Shown piece after piece: positions 53,187 to 64,000 of a stretch of 64,000 nt of DNA (position 1 is its first letter; each line of letters begins with the position of its first letter). The notes beneath the pieces are model-generated. The model was not told the DNA's origin and did not search any database. It worked only from the letters and a program-made list of their open reading frames with translations. Both the position numbers and the translations under genes were made by a program. The stretch comes from Moniliella sp. 'wahieum'. Taxonomy: Eukaryota. Where the stretch lies: contig RSEE01000072.1 of NCBI GenBank assembly GCA_003971905.1, positions 1 through 64,000 on the forward strand. Reading direction: 5' to 3'.

Positions 53187-54629
53187 ATGACGCCGCTGCT
53201 GCTGCGGCTGCCCATCGAGTGCACCTCGACATCCTCGCCTGCCCCTGCCGGAGCGCCTCGTGTGGGCTCGCCACACCTGCGCACTGCTCCGCCACCTCGC
53301 CGCCCTCTTGGCCGCCGCCTCCTCTGCCCGCCCACCACCCTCACCACCCGCTCCGGCACCACCCTCACCGGCGCCCGCCTCCGCCTCCCCGACCTCTACG
53401 CCCCGCCCACCTCGTCCTCCACGCTGCCGCCGCCACCGCCGCCGCTCCCGCCGCGTGCTCCCCCGTCTCGATCTCGATCCCGAGCCCGAGCCCGATCCTG
53501 ATCCCGCGCCGCCCGCACGGCCCTTCACTCCTCCCGACGCCCCCGATTCCCATCCCCATCTCAGGCTCCCCCTCATGCCCCTCCCCATGCCCATTTCGAC
53601 CTCGCTTCCCTTTCCTCTGCCGCGCGCTGCCCACTCCCCCGCCCGAGAGCGTGCAAAATGCGTGGTACGTACTGTCCCCGCGGCGGCAGAAGGAGCGTGC
53701 AGTGGCCCATGCCGCCGCGGGCTGCCCAGGCGGCTGCCTCGCGCCATCGGCTTGCTGTTGACCGTGCCGGCTTGGACGCTGGACCGTTGAGCGATGCGCG
53801 TCTGTTTGTGCGTGCGGTGCGCATGCTGCTGGACGAATCGTTTGGTCCGCTCCCACTACGTTCTGGGACTTGCCAGAGCGCAAGGGATACGCGCGCCGAC
53901 GCCGGTCTGCCCACTTCCCTCTTCCTTGTGGGATGGCATGGTGTTCCAGGCGACCTGCTGAGCCAAATGCTCATCTACGAACCCACCCTCCGCGCCGTAA
54001 CCACCATTGTCAAGACCGACCAGCACGACGGCGACGACGACGTCTGGGCTTCCTTCCCTGGTGCCTATGCCTCGGCCCATCGTGCCCAGCCCCCTGGGAA
54101 GCGATCGGTACCAGATCTTGGCACAGCGTTTATCCTCCTCCCATCCAGGCTGTTCTGATGACCCTTTGCACCTCGACTTGGCACCGAGCCTCGCCCCAAG
54201 TGCATCCTCTCCCTCCCCCCCGTCTCGGCCTGACGGGGGGCAGGTAGGGGAGGAAGAGGGGCAGTGGCGTGCCGGCACACCCAGGCCGCCGTCGCGATAG
54301 GCAGTCGTGACCCCCCTTTTTTCGTCAAGGCGCCGGCCTGAGTGCGGGGTACGACTGCATTTGCTTTCGGGTGCCGTCGGCGGAAGAAGCGGATGGTGGG
54401 CCGCACGCGCCCCAGCCCGCGCTGCGGCACATTATTCTCCAAGGCCGCTACCACCTTGCCGATGCGCAGGAACTGGCGACCATGTTTGAGTGGAGCGAGA
54501 CGACGTGCACCGGTTGTCGCCAGCCCATATTCGTCTGACGTGCCACTCAACTCCTCCTTGGCCTCGTTTCCTCGTTGCGCACAGGTGGTTGGCCAAGCTT
54601 CTCAGCATGGCTCTTTCGTGACGTGCTAA
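53187..54629 (+). CDS. Hypothetical protein with F-box-like N-terminus
   Basis: Across one indel the start reads MTPLLLRLPIE/VHLDILAC...TCALLRHLA (F-box-like LxxLPxExxxxIL). Protein-like ORF 53658-54158 and C-terminal LRHIILQGRYHL...GGWPSFSAWLFRDV. End uncertain. Confidence 0.45.
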
Positions 54630-54886
54630 CCCTCCCCTCCCCGTCCCTTGTGTGACGATCCAACGTCTATGTCCCCGTGCCGCTGCTCCATTCTCCCGCT
54701 TTTGTACTGTTATTCGCAGGTGCCCTCCTTCATCGATCATCCACGCTCTTCCTTCTCCATGCCTCACTCGCATCCATGACCCAGACCCAGACCCATCCAT
54801 CCACATTTTGTTCACACTTGAGTGCATAATAGTGCATACCGAACCTACGTTCCGGTCCTCGCGCCCGTACCGGGGACAGACCCCGA

Positions 54887-56195
54887 TCAGGCTGGTGCCT
54901 TGGCCTGTCGACAGTCCGTTAGCAGTGGGTTCCCAGCCAACCAAAAGCAGAAGCGAAGGACAGGAACGAGAACGAGAATGGGAACGTACCTTGGAATCCT
55001 CATAGACATGCTTGACAAAGATTTGTACATGGCCTTCCCCTCCCGGGCCAATCCCACCCACCTCGCCAGCACCGGGACCTTGGTGGCGTGCGTCCTCGAT
55101 GTTTTGTGCGCCGGCAGCGAGGGCAAGCAGACGTCCGTCGCAGCTGAATCCGCCTGTGCTCAAGGGGGCCGGGAAGCGCGGGTACTGCCGCAATCGTTTT
55201 TGGCTTTTGCATCCCACAGCGCACACACACCATCGCCGCCGAGACTGGCGAATGTGCCATGACTGCCAGCGCAAACACAGGTCAATCTCAATCGCTCGTC
55301 CTCTCACTCTCGTAGCATACAGAGAGGGGAACATGAGCACGTACATGGGGTGAAACAGGAGCGCATTGACCGGGTACACCGTGTCAATTCCATCCACTAC
55401 CATCCGGTGGCACTTGAACGCATACCGTCGCGCCAAGCCTGCTTCGGTATTGTCGAAAAACTCGACGGCCACACGGCCCTCGACCGAGCTCAAGGCAAAG
55501 CCTTCGCCCGACGGCATGCAGGCCACATCGCGCACCATGAACTTGAGGCTGGACTCGCGTGTCCACTCGGGTGCCAGACGCGCGTCGTTCCCCACGGCCT
55601 TTCCTCAGCGCATCCACAATGGGCAGCAAGGAGTAGCACACCAGTTGCCGCCCGGCGGTAGCTACGAGCACGCGCGGGGTCGGGTCGAGCGGGGGCGGAG
55701 CCAACTCGGCATGGGACCAGGGGGGCGAGACGTCCATGGCCAACGCCTTATCGGGCAGAAGAAGTTTGTGCAACAACTGGCTCTTTTCGGGGTCCTCCAA
55801 ATCCACCTCCCACAAACTCAAACTGCGGTCCCACGACGCGGCCAACACGATCCCAGCCTCGGGACAGAACCGCACGCGGGCAATGGGCGCATCGTGTTTG
55901 CCCAGCACCATGCTGCGGCCCGTCTCGAGGTCGAGCAGACGCAGGCGGCGATCAACGCTGCCGCTGGCGGCGTACCGCTCGGACAGCCAGCAGGTGTCGA
56001 GCACGGCAGCGTCGTGCTCGAACGTCTGCAGCGCCGTCGCGCCGTCGGGCTGGACGTGGACGAGGTGGACACGCGCGTCCCAGCTGCTGAGCAGGGCGTG
56101 GCGCGCGCGCGCATGCGTCGAGGGCCCGGGGAAGACTTGAGCGCGGACACGGGCGCGTGGGGCACGGCGTCGGTGCTGAGCTCGTAGTCGGACAT
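54887..56195 (-). CDS. BUB3: Spindle checkpoint WD40 protein Bub3
   Basis: RESSLKFMVRDVACMPSGEGFALSSVEGRVAVEFFD...RYAFKCHR..DTVYPVNALLFHP and KRLRQYPRF. Two short introns near the 3' end. Confidence 0.93.
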
Positions 56196-56378
56196 GGCGG
56201 CGGCGGTGGTGGGGCGGGGGCGGGAGCGGCGACGCGGTGGTCTGGGTGGGTGTTGGTTGGACGAGGAGGAAGCCGGCGGATTACGGCATGTGTGCACGTG
56301 ACCCTAACTGTGCGTCTATCCCTACCAGCAGACGGTCTGTAGAATATACCCCACTTACATATACCACCACCATCGCCA

Positions 56379-58933
56379 TCACCATTGCCGCCGCCGCCGC
56401 CGCCGCTCGCACGCCACCGCGCCTCCGCCGCGGCCACGCCCGATGCCCCGCCCGGCGTCCCGCCCGCGCCCGCAACCGTCCAGCGCAGCAGCGCCGCGCA
56501 CAGCGTCTCCGCCGGCTCCTCCTCGTCCAGGCGCGCCATCTCAATCTCCGAGATGAGCTTCTTGATGCCAATCTGCAGCCGCTGCTGCTCGAGCCCGCGC
56601 GCCGCAGCAGCTCCATCGCATGCGCATGCTCCGCCGCCGTCGCGAACAGCGCCGCCGCCTGCACCACATACTCCACCTCCGCCAGCGACGAGATCGCCGG
56701 CACGTACACGTCCGCCGAGAACGCGTCCACCAGCTCCATCTCCTCCAGCATCGCCCGGTTGCTCGACGTGGCGAGCACAGCAGCTGCCGCTCCTTGGGCG
56801 GCCGCCGCGTCAGGTACACGGCCAGCGTTTGGAACACCGAGTTCTGGAAGCGCGGGCCCAGCGCCACCCAGTCAATCAGCCGCTCAAACCCGTCCACCAC
56901 AATCACCGCCAGCGGCGACTTGTACGCGTCGTTGAACACCTTGGCAATGTACTGCACCTTGGCCGCCTCGGGCTTGCCCACCAGGTGCTCGGGCGAGATG
57001 ATCTGGATAAAGGGAAAGTCGGACTGCAGTGCAATCGTCGCGGCCAGCGCCGTCTTGCCCGACCCAATCGGCCCATGCAGCAGCACGGTCACCAGCGGCG
57101 TGCGCGAACTCTGGCGTACCTGCGCCACGCGCAACGCGCCTTGCCGCAGCACGGCGTCCACGTGCGGCGCAAACTTCATGATCCCATTCGACATGAGCGC
57201 TTGCAAGTCATCCTCGCTCACCCCAAACGCCGGGTGCACCTCCTGCAGCGCATGCACAAAGTCGTCCCGGTTCACCCGCATGCTCTCCACGTCGTCCGAG
57301 ATGCCTGCTGTGGTGCCCACCTTGACGTGGCGATTGAACGCAAACGACGTGGCACTCTTCACCAGCCCGGCAATCTCAGCCCCGGAAAAGTTTTTGGTCA
57401 GCGCAGCCAACTCGCCCACATCCACATCGGAATCCATCATGTCGTTTTGGCGCATATGCGCCGTATGGATCTTGACAATCTGCTCCCTGCCCTCCTCATC
57501 TGGCAGGCTGATTTCCACAGGTACCTCCAATCGACCGGGGCGGAGGAGGGCCTCGTCAATCATATCCCCAACGATTGGTCATGCCAATGATCAGGATATT
57601 GTTCAGTTGGTTCACTCCGTCCATTTTGGACAGCAGCTGGTTGACCACCGAGTCGCCCACCCCGGTTGACGCCGAAGAGGTACCGCGTTGTTTGCACACC
57701 GCGTCCAGCTCATCAAATATGATGATGTGCAGACCGGATTCGTCGCCTTTTTCCTTGTACTCCTTTTCGGCTTCGGAAAAGAGCTTGCGGATGTTTTCCT
57801 CGCTGGCGCCTACGTAGCGATTCAGAATCTCGGGCCCATTGACAATTTGCGGTTCGCGCGCATTGAGCATCTTGCCAATTTGACGTGCTAGCAGTGTCTT
57901 GCCCGTGCCTGGCGGCCCATACAGGATGATCCCCTTGACATGTTGGATTCCTAGTTTCTCCACCAACGCCGGAGGGAAAATCCGCGAAGCAAACGCCCGA
58001 CGAAAAATTTGCGAAAACTCCTCGTCCAACCCACCAACCCCCATATCTTCAAACTTAAAGTCGGCCTGTAAGATGGCATTGGGCGCCGCATGCTTCGCCG
58101 TGCTCCCATGCAGCTTGATCAAGCTCCTGCCGCCGGGGCATACGTGACTGTCGACTCGGGCACCAGCACGCCACTTGCCTCCTCGTCCGATTCCAGCGCC
58201 GAAGAAGCATCGACGACCCGGATGGACTTGACGGTGAGACGGAGCTGTTGACCATGATGTTCTTGTACCATCTCTTGGCCTACAGTAAACATGTACCGGT
58301 TGAACCGGCGGTGCAACCGCGCGGCCAATTGATCCGTACTGTATGCTTCGAGGTTTTCAAACGACTGGACGCAAAAGCTCACTTCCAAATCAACTTGGAC
58401 CAAGTGCGAGCTCTTGCCCTGCTCGTATTTCTCCACCACTACCATTTGGCCCACGGACAAGTGCGCCCAAGAGCGGTTGACCCGCCCACAGCCTATCGTG
58501 CCGGGCTGCGTGGCACCCGTGTGGTCCATCCTATATCCATCCGTCAGCACTGCCCCTGATTTCGCGGGGTGGGGCGCGGGGGGAAGCACACAAGGGCACA
58601 TAGGGGCACGTACAAGACAGTAAATGGGAATCGACCATTGAGTCGGACGTAACGGATGTTGGTATGCCACTCTTTGGGACTGAGCACGACCGCGTTCGTC
58701 GATTCGTATTGCGGTGGGCACGGGACCACCTTGAGTTCCTCGCCCATGGGACAGGTCGGTCGGCCGGGCAGCGGGTGCAAGCACCTTTTTGGCTGAAGCG
58801 GGGGACCGACGTTGGTTGGTAAGAGCGACCGCGTGCGTTGCCGCGGCTGCGGAGACGGACTTCGTCGTCGTGGGCTGAGGTTGGTGGAGCTGAGGTTGTG
58901 GCCGAGGGTGTGGAGGTGGTCCGGGCTGGACAT
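56379..58933 (-). CDS. SEC18: Vesicle-fusing ATPase NSF/Sec18
   Basis: [31 protein letters not shown]1 [38 protein letters not shown] and D2 [14 protein letters not shown]. Intron ~58531-58613. Stop position uncertain. Confidence 0.96.
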
Positions 58934-59587
58934 GGTAGGGCGGCCCAGGATGGTGGTGGAGATGGAGATGGCGTGGGAGAGGTAAGGAAAAGGACTGACA
59001 CGTTCAACGTACGGACTATCTGTTCAGTCTCTCCGATCTGGGAAAACTGGCCACTGTATAGTACTGACCGCCCAACAGAACACATCGTTCCACACTTTGC
59101 GCCAGGGGCTTTTCTACGCTAGCGATCATTAAATCATTTTGTCCTCGTGCTGTGCAATTTGGTTGGGCCGGTAATGCAATGGTCGCTATTTCGGTATTTT
59201 ACCGAAGAAACCCATAGAATCTCGCGTATCACGTCCCATGACGGCCCGCGCAAGCAACCGGCGACGTGCAACGGAAGGGGTCGAAAAGCAGGGCGATGGA
59301 ACTCGGTTATTGCACAAGTAGTTCATATCTGTGCTCTGCTTCTGCCGCTGCCACATCTGCCAATCCACCTGTTTTAATACGCACTCCCCCCGCCTGCCTG
59401 TCCCCAGCCGGGATGGATTTACCCCACGACATGTGCGTCTTCTGCACCGAACGTATACGAGACTTCTATCCACACACCTCTGTCCTATACCTCTCTCTTA
59501 TCCCACGGGGAGGATGGGATCAATCAAGTCTCATGGTTTGCTCTTCTTGTCGTCAGGAACATCACAGCCACCAAGTCCCTGGTGCGC

Positions 59588-61200
59588 TTAGTAAAAGTCG
59601 CCCTGGGCAATCATCGCGTCGAAGACGAGGATGGCGCCGTGCAGGTTGGCACCGCGGACGACGAAGGGAGTTCTTCTTGCTCCAGCGCGTACTTCTGGGA
59701 CGTGGTGTAACACTTGTCAAAGCACTCGCTCATAATCTGCTTGAGCCGTGCATCGACTTCTTCCGAAGTCCATTTTTCTCGCTGCGAGTTCTGGGCCATC
59801 TCCAACCCGGACACAGCTACGCCGCCTGAATTGGCTGCTTTGCCCGGGCCGTACCAGATGCCCGATTTGGACCGGTTGGCCTCGTACACCGAGATGGCCT
59901 CCATCGTAGAGCCCATGTTGGAACCTTCGGCAATGTACTTGCACCCTGCGTTGACGAGGTACTGTGCCTCCTCCTCGTTCACCTCGTTCTGCGTCGCACA
60001 CGGCAAGGCCACATCCACCTTTCCACCAACGTCCAAGGGCGAACGCCCTCGTGCCACTCAAATTCCGGCAGGTCCTCCGCGATCACCGCGAGACTTTTGC
60101 GCTGCGCCTTGAGCTGTTGGACTTGGACGACCTGAGTGGCTGTGAAGCCCTTGGTAGGATCCTTGGCAAGGTAGGTTCCCGTTGAGTCTGAGAGGGAGAG
60201 AACGATGGCGCCAACTTCGATGGCCTTGAGCGCCGCGTACTGGGCCACATTGCCACTTCCCGAAATGAGCACCGTTTTGCCCGCCAAGGTATCCTGGCCT
60301 TCGGACGCGGTGGCAATCATCTTCTCAACGTAATAAATCAATCCGTACCCGGTAGCTTCGGGACGAATGAGCGAGCCACCCCAACTCAGTCCTTTGCCCG
60401 TCACGACTCCTTCCCATTTATTCGCTAGCTTCTTGTACTGCCCAAATAGGTACCCCACCTCGGTCCCGCCTACATTAATGTCCCCCGCCGGCACGTCCGT
60501 GTCGGCTCCAATGTGCCGCCACAACTGGCTCATGAACGCTTGGCAGAACCGACGGATCTCAGCGGGCGAACGACCTTTCGGATCAAAGTCCGCACCACCC
60601 TTACCGCCTCCCATGTTGAGCCCGTAAGTGCGTTCTTGAAATCTGCACATGCCACGTTCCCCACGCAACAGGCACAAATCAAACACAACAGACACACAGG
60701 ATAGGGTCAGAAACCAGCTTCTCACGTGTAGTAGCACAACCTCGCGTTGGGTCACCTTCACACCACGCTTCCCCCGAAGACGATGACGGTGGGCCCTCGA
60801 ACCAACCCTCTGTTGAGGAACCCAAAACGCAGAACGCAAATCGCCAACCGAAAAAAACACACGCGCGAGAGAGGGAGAGAGAGAGAGGGAGAGAAAAAAA
60901 AAACTTACCTGCTCAAACCCGAGGAACTTGAGCACCGACAAGGTGACGGTCGGATGGAACCGAAGACCTCCCTTGTACGGTCCGAGGGCCGAATTGAATT
61001 GACACGGAAACCGTTGTTGACTTCCAGTTGGCCCGCATCGTTTCCCACGCCACGCGGAACTGTACCGTGCGTTCCGGCACAGCCACGACCGACAAGAGCC
61101 GTTCCAGCTCCGGGCGTTGGTCAAACAAGGTCGAATCGCGCAGTGTCGATACGAGCTCAGTGTAGGCTTGCTCAAATTCCGGCTCGTAAGGGGATACCAT
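59588..61200 (-). CDS. GDH1: NADP-specific glutamate dehydrogenase
   Basis: [68 protein letters not shown] and [19 protein letters not shown]. Intron 60643-60908. Confidence 0.97.
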
Positions 61201-61619
61201 GGTGAAGGTTAAAGGTGATGTGATGTTGGGTTGGCAATCGATATAATGGTAAAGGGGAGGATGGGGAACCGAGTACTGAGTACTGAGTGGAGAAGAGTTG
61301 GCAGTAAGAGGTTCGTGTGGAGTGCGGGGGGGGAGTGGAGGGGAGGATGGGAGGAACAAGAAGAAGGGAAGTGGGTGTGGAAAGTCTGCTTTTATCTCTG
61401 CTAGCAGAGTAAAATGGCTCACAAAAAAGTCATGCTGCATCAGGCCCATCAGGCCAGGAGGTTGAATGGGATGATGATCATGTTGAATGGCATAGGAGAA
61501 AGTGGAGTTGAAGCTTCGACACATCTGCGCCCTGCTGCGGCAGCAGCGCCTACTGTGGCCATGCTGATGATCTCGATGATGTTGCGAGCGAGGGCAGCCA
61601 TACAGGGTACCCTGTGGGT

Positions 61620-62811
61620 ACTATATAGTAGTGCCAACAAATAGAGGAACTCTCATGACATGCACATGACAGGGGGGAGCCAATCCACATCTCCGTCTAA
61701 TTCCCATGGAATCTCAGCCCGCGGGTTTCACTCCTATGGACCCGTATGCGGGGAGAGAGAGGAATTATACGAAGACGTGCATGACGCCACGCTTGCTATG
61801 TGAAAGAGGGTTCGGGACAAAGGGACAAAGGGACAGAGGAAAGAGGGACAGAGGGACAGTAGAGGGACGAGGAAACGACGAGGCGCAAGCGCGGGGTAGG
61901 CCAATGCACCACAGCCCACCGTCACCACTACAACTACCACTAGTAACTAGTAATGCATAATGGTCAAAAAGGGGGTATATAGGGACCACTGCATATATCG
62001 ATACAATGACCATCATGATGATGGCTCAGGATGATGCATGATCTCATCTGAAATCCTGACATCCTGAGATCTGAGAGATCCGACGCCAACGGGGGCGGAT
62101 ATGAGATCTGAGATCGAGATGCGCCGACCGGGACAGGGACCCGGGACTAGGAACCAAGGCTGCTCAACCACTCAGTTCTCAGTTCTCAGATCTCAGTACT
62201 CAAAAAGCACAGGAGAAGCACGGTAGGGTCAGATCTCAGAGGGGGCATGGGAACAAGACGGTGGGATTGGACTCAAGTGGGCGTTGCACGACCGCGCTCG
62301 TCAACGCCCCCGCCACATCAGGGGCGGAAGGCCACTGTGGTGGTACTGATGTCTGATATATGATACGGAGAGTGTGCCTCAATCCCACCGCCACTGGCAA
62401 CGCCTGAATAAGCCAAGGACAGAACGGAGAGTTTTGGATCGAGAGCACGACCCCGCGTCGGAGGGCTGATGTACGCCAAAAATGCGCCATAATACGATCG
62501 GGGGCGCAAGAAAAGAGACATTTTTTTTCGTTAACCAACTAGCGTTGCAGCTTCCCGCTTCAAGCTCTTCCCACTGACGCACTTACGCCTACTTGAGCTT
62601 ATAGAAGAGCAAACTGGCTTATCAAGGTTCAACCGCTATCGTCTGTCGCACAGGAGAAACATAGATGAGCGCGGCGTCGACTATCGACTATCGATGATCG
62701 ATTATCGATTGCCCAGCGCCCCTATTACAAGATCCTGCCCATAGGTACCATACTTAGCTTGAAGCTTGATGTGCCGGGGCTGCTGCCCCCTGTGTTAATG
62801 CAAGCGATTGG
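61620..62811 (-). promoter_or_regulatory. GDH upstream region with TATA-like and CCAAT elements
   Basis: TATATA-like at ~61622. CCAAT/ATTGG at 61680, 61901, 62266 and 62807. GATAAG (minus) at ~62618. Confidence 0.35.
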
Positions 62812-63400
62812 TGATGCTGATGAGGCCTGAGGGTGGTGGTGGGCAATTTAATACAGCGCCCCGCGGGGGCGCAAGGTCGGATGGACAAGTGTGCAACCGA
62901 GGCCTGGACGCCTGACGTTTTCGCCTCGGGGGCTGAGTCTCAGGGTGATGAGCTTGTGGCTTGAAGGAATGGACTGAGGCGGGGATGTAGGGCGGGATGC
63001 GGGGGATGCGGGGGATGCGGGGGAGCGGGGAAGGCAGTGGAGAATACACAGGCCCATGATGCATGATCCCTCTCAGTGGGGCAGATGCACATGCGATGGT
63101 TGGGTCCGGGATGTACGGGAAAACGCACAGACGAGCCAGGGAAAGGAGGAAGAAGGTTCCGACGACCAGGGGGAATACACGCTCCGCACCTTCGTCGCCT
63201 CTCCCCACCGATGGATGAGGTGAGGCAATTGAACCGAGCGCCATCCTAGATCTACGACAAGGGCGAGTTGGTACGCAAGTAGTTACCAGTCACTAGTTAC
63301 TGGTTACTGGCTACTGGTTACTGGTTACAGTCCAGCATTAGAGTAAAATATGGAATGGAATGAGACCTAGAGAGGCTGAGGGTTGAAGCTGTATGAGTGG

Positions 63401-64000
63401 CTAGACGGCCCACTTGCTTGCGCGTGTACCTGTTGCGCGCGGTGCCGATGAAGAGGAGGACGAAGATGAGGATGTGGGTGGGGGATGCTTGCCCCCGCGT
63501 TTGGTGGGACGAGAAGTGGGGCGAGAAGCGGGACGAGAAGCGGCGGGGGCGGCCGGGGCGTGTTTAGACGCAGATGGTAGCGAGTGCGAAGGGGCATTCG
63601 ACGCCAAAGGCAACACAGGCGAAAATACTAGCTCAAACGAAGCTACCAACGGAGACAAGTCCATTGGCATAGCACGAGGAATGTCCTGTTTAGTCGCATG
63701 GGGTTGAAACGCAATACGCGTCTGCGCATCGTACTGCACCACCAACAGTTTCCCATTCCCCGTCGGTCGAGGTAACACTTTTGCTAAACTCTCCAGAAAC
63801 GCCGTGAAGAGTAACATTGCTTGTGCCCGATCGTCCGCTTGGCCCGGGCCAGGGAACAAAGGTGCAGCCCCGATCGTCTTGAGTACCGTCCGGAGTTTTT
63901 TACGCTGCGGTTTGCTCATTAGTGCTCGTCCAATTCGTTCGTCTAGTCGTTGCCGTCCCCGCGGCCCAAAATACGTCGCGTCCAACTTGATCTCCCCTGG
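63401..64000 (-). CDS. Hypothetical protein, C-terminal part (truncated by window edge)
   Basis: Open frame from the window end to a stop at 63401, with globular-looking sequence (AMLLFTAFLESLAKVL, LVASFELVFSPV) and a low-complexity tail. Confidence 0.55.
   Translation of the reverse strand, partial: PGEIKLDATYFGPRGRQRLDERIGRALMSKPQRKKLRTVLKTIGAAPLFPGPGQADDRAQAMLLFTAFLESLAKVLPRPTGNGKLLVVQYDAQTRIAFQPHATKQDIPRAMPMDLSPLVASFELVFSPVLPLASNAPSHSLPSASKHAPAAPAASRPASRPTSRPTKRGGKHPPPTSSSSSSSSSAPRATGTRASKWAV

Noticed and set aside
61449..61601. uORF or N-terminal extension upstream of GDH
   Set aside because: TSS is unknown and probably nearer the pyrimidine-rich leader (~61380). The ATG at 61200 gives the conserved N-terminus.

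Overview
Eukaryotic, GC-rich, intron-poor fungal DNA, most consistent with an Ustilaginomycotina-like basidiomycete (inferred from protein similarity and short GT..CTRAC..YAG introns; species not identifiable here). Even essential genes are broken by many single-base indels, which I read as an unpolished assembly rather than pseudogenes, so CDS boundaries are reconstructed across frameshifts. About 1-10 kb is an accessory, possibly subtelomeric zone with telomere-like CCCTAA repeats, several 136-194 bp tandem duplications, degraded ORFs and an orphan copy of a protease upstream region. From 11 kb: SSD1, two tandem secreted pepsin-like proteases, RPA135, QCR10, WPL1/WAPL, KSH1, a secreted GMC oxidoreductase, STE14, COP1, RCM1, RAD3, an F-box-like gene, BUB3, SEC18, NADP-GDH and a partial unknown gene. 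I found no clearly novel multi-gene system. The most interesting unexplained signals are pervasive 7-bp-period micro-repeats in non-coding DNA (one differs in copy number between the two protease paralogs), a candidate Ssd1 autoregulatory motif, a scrambled tRNA-like element and two long structured introns.
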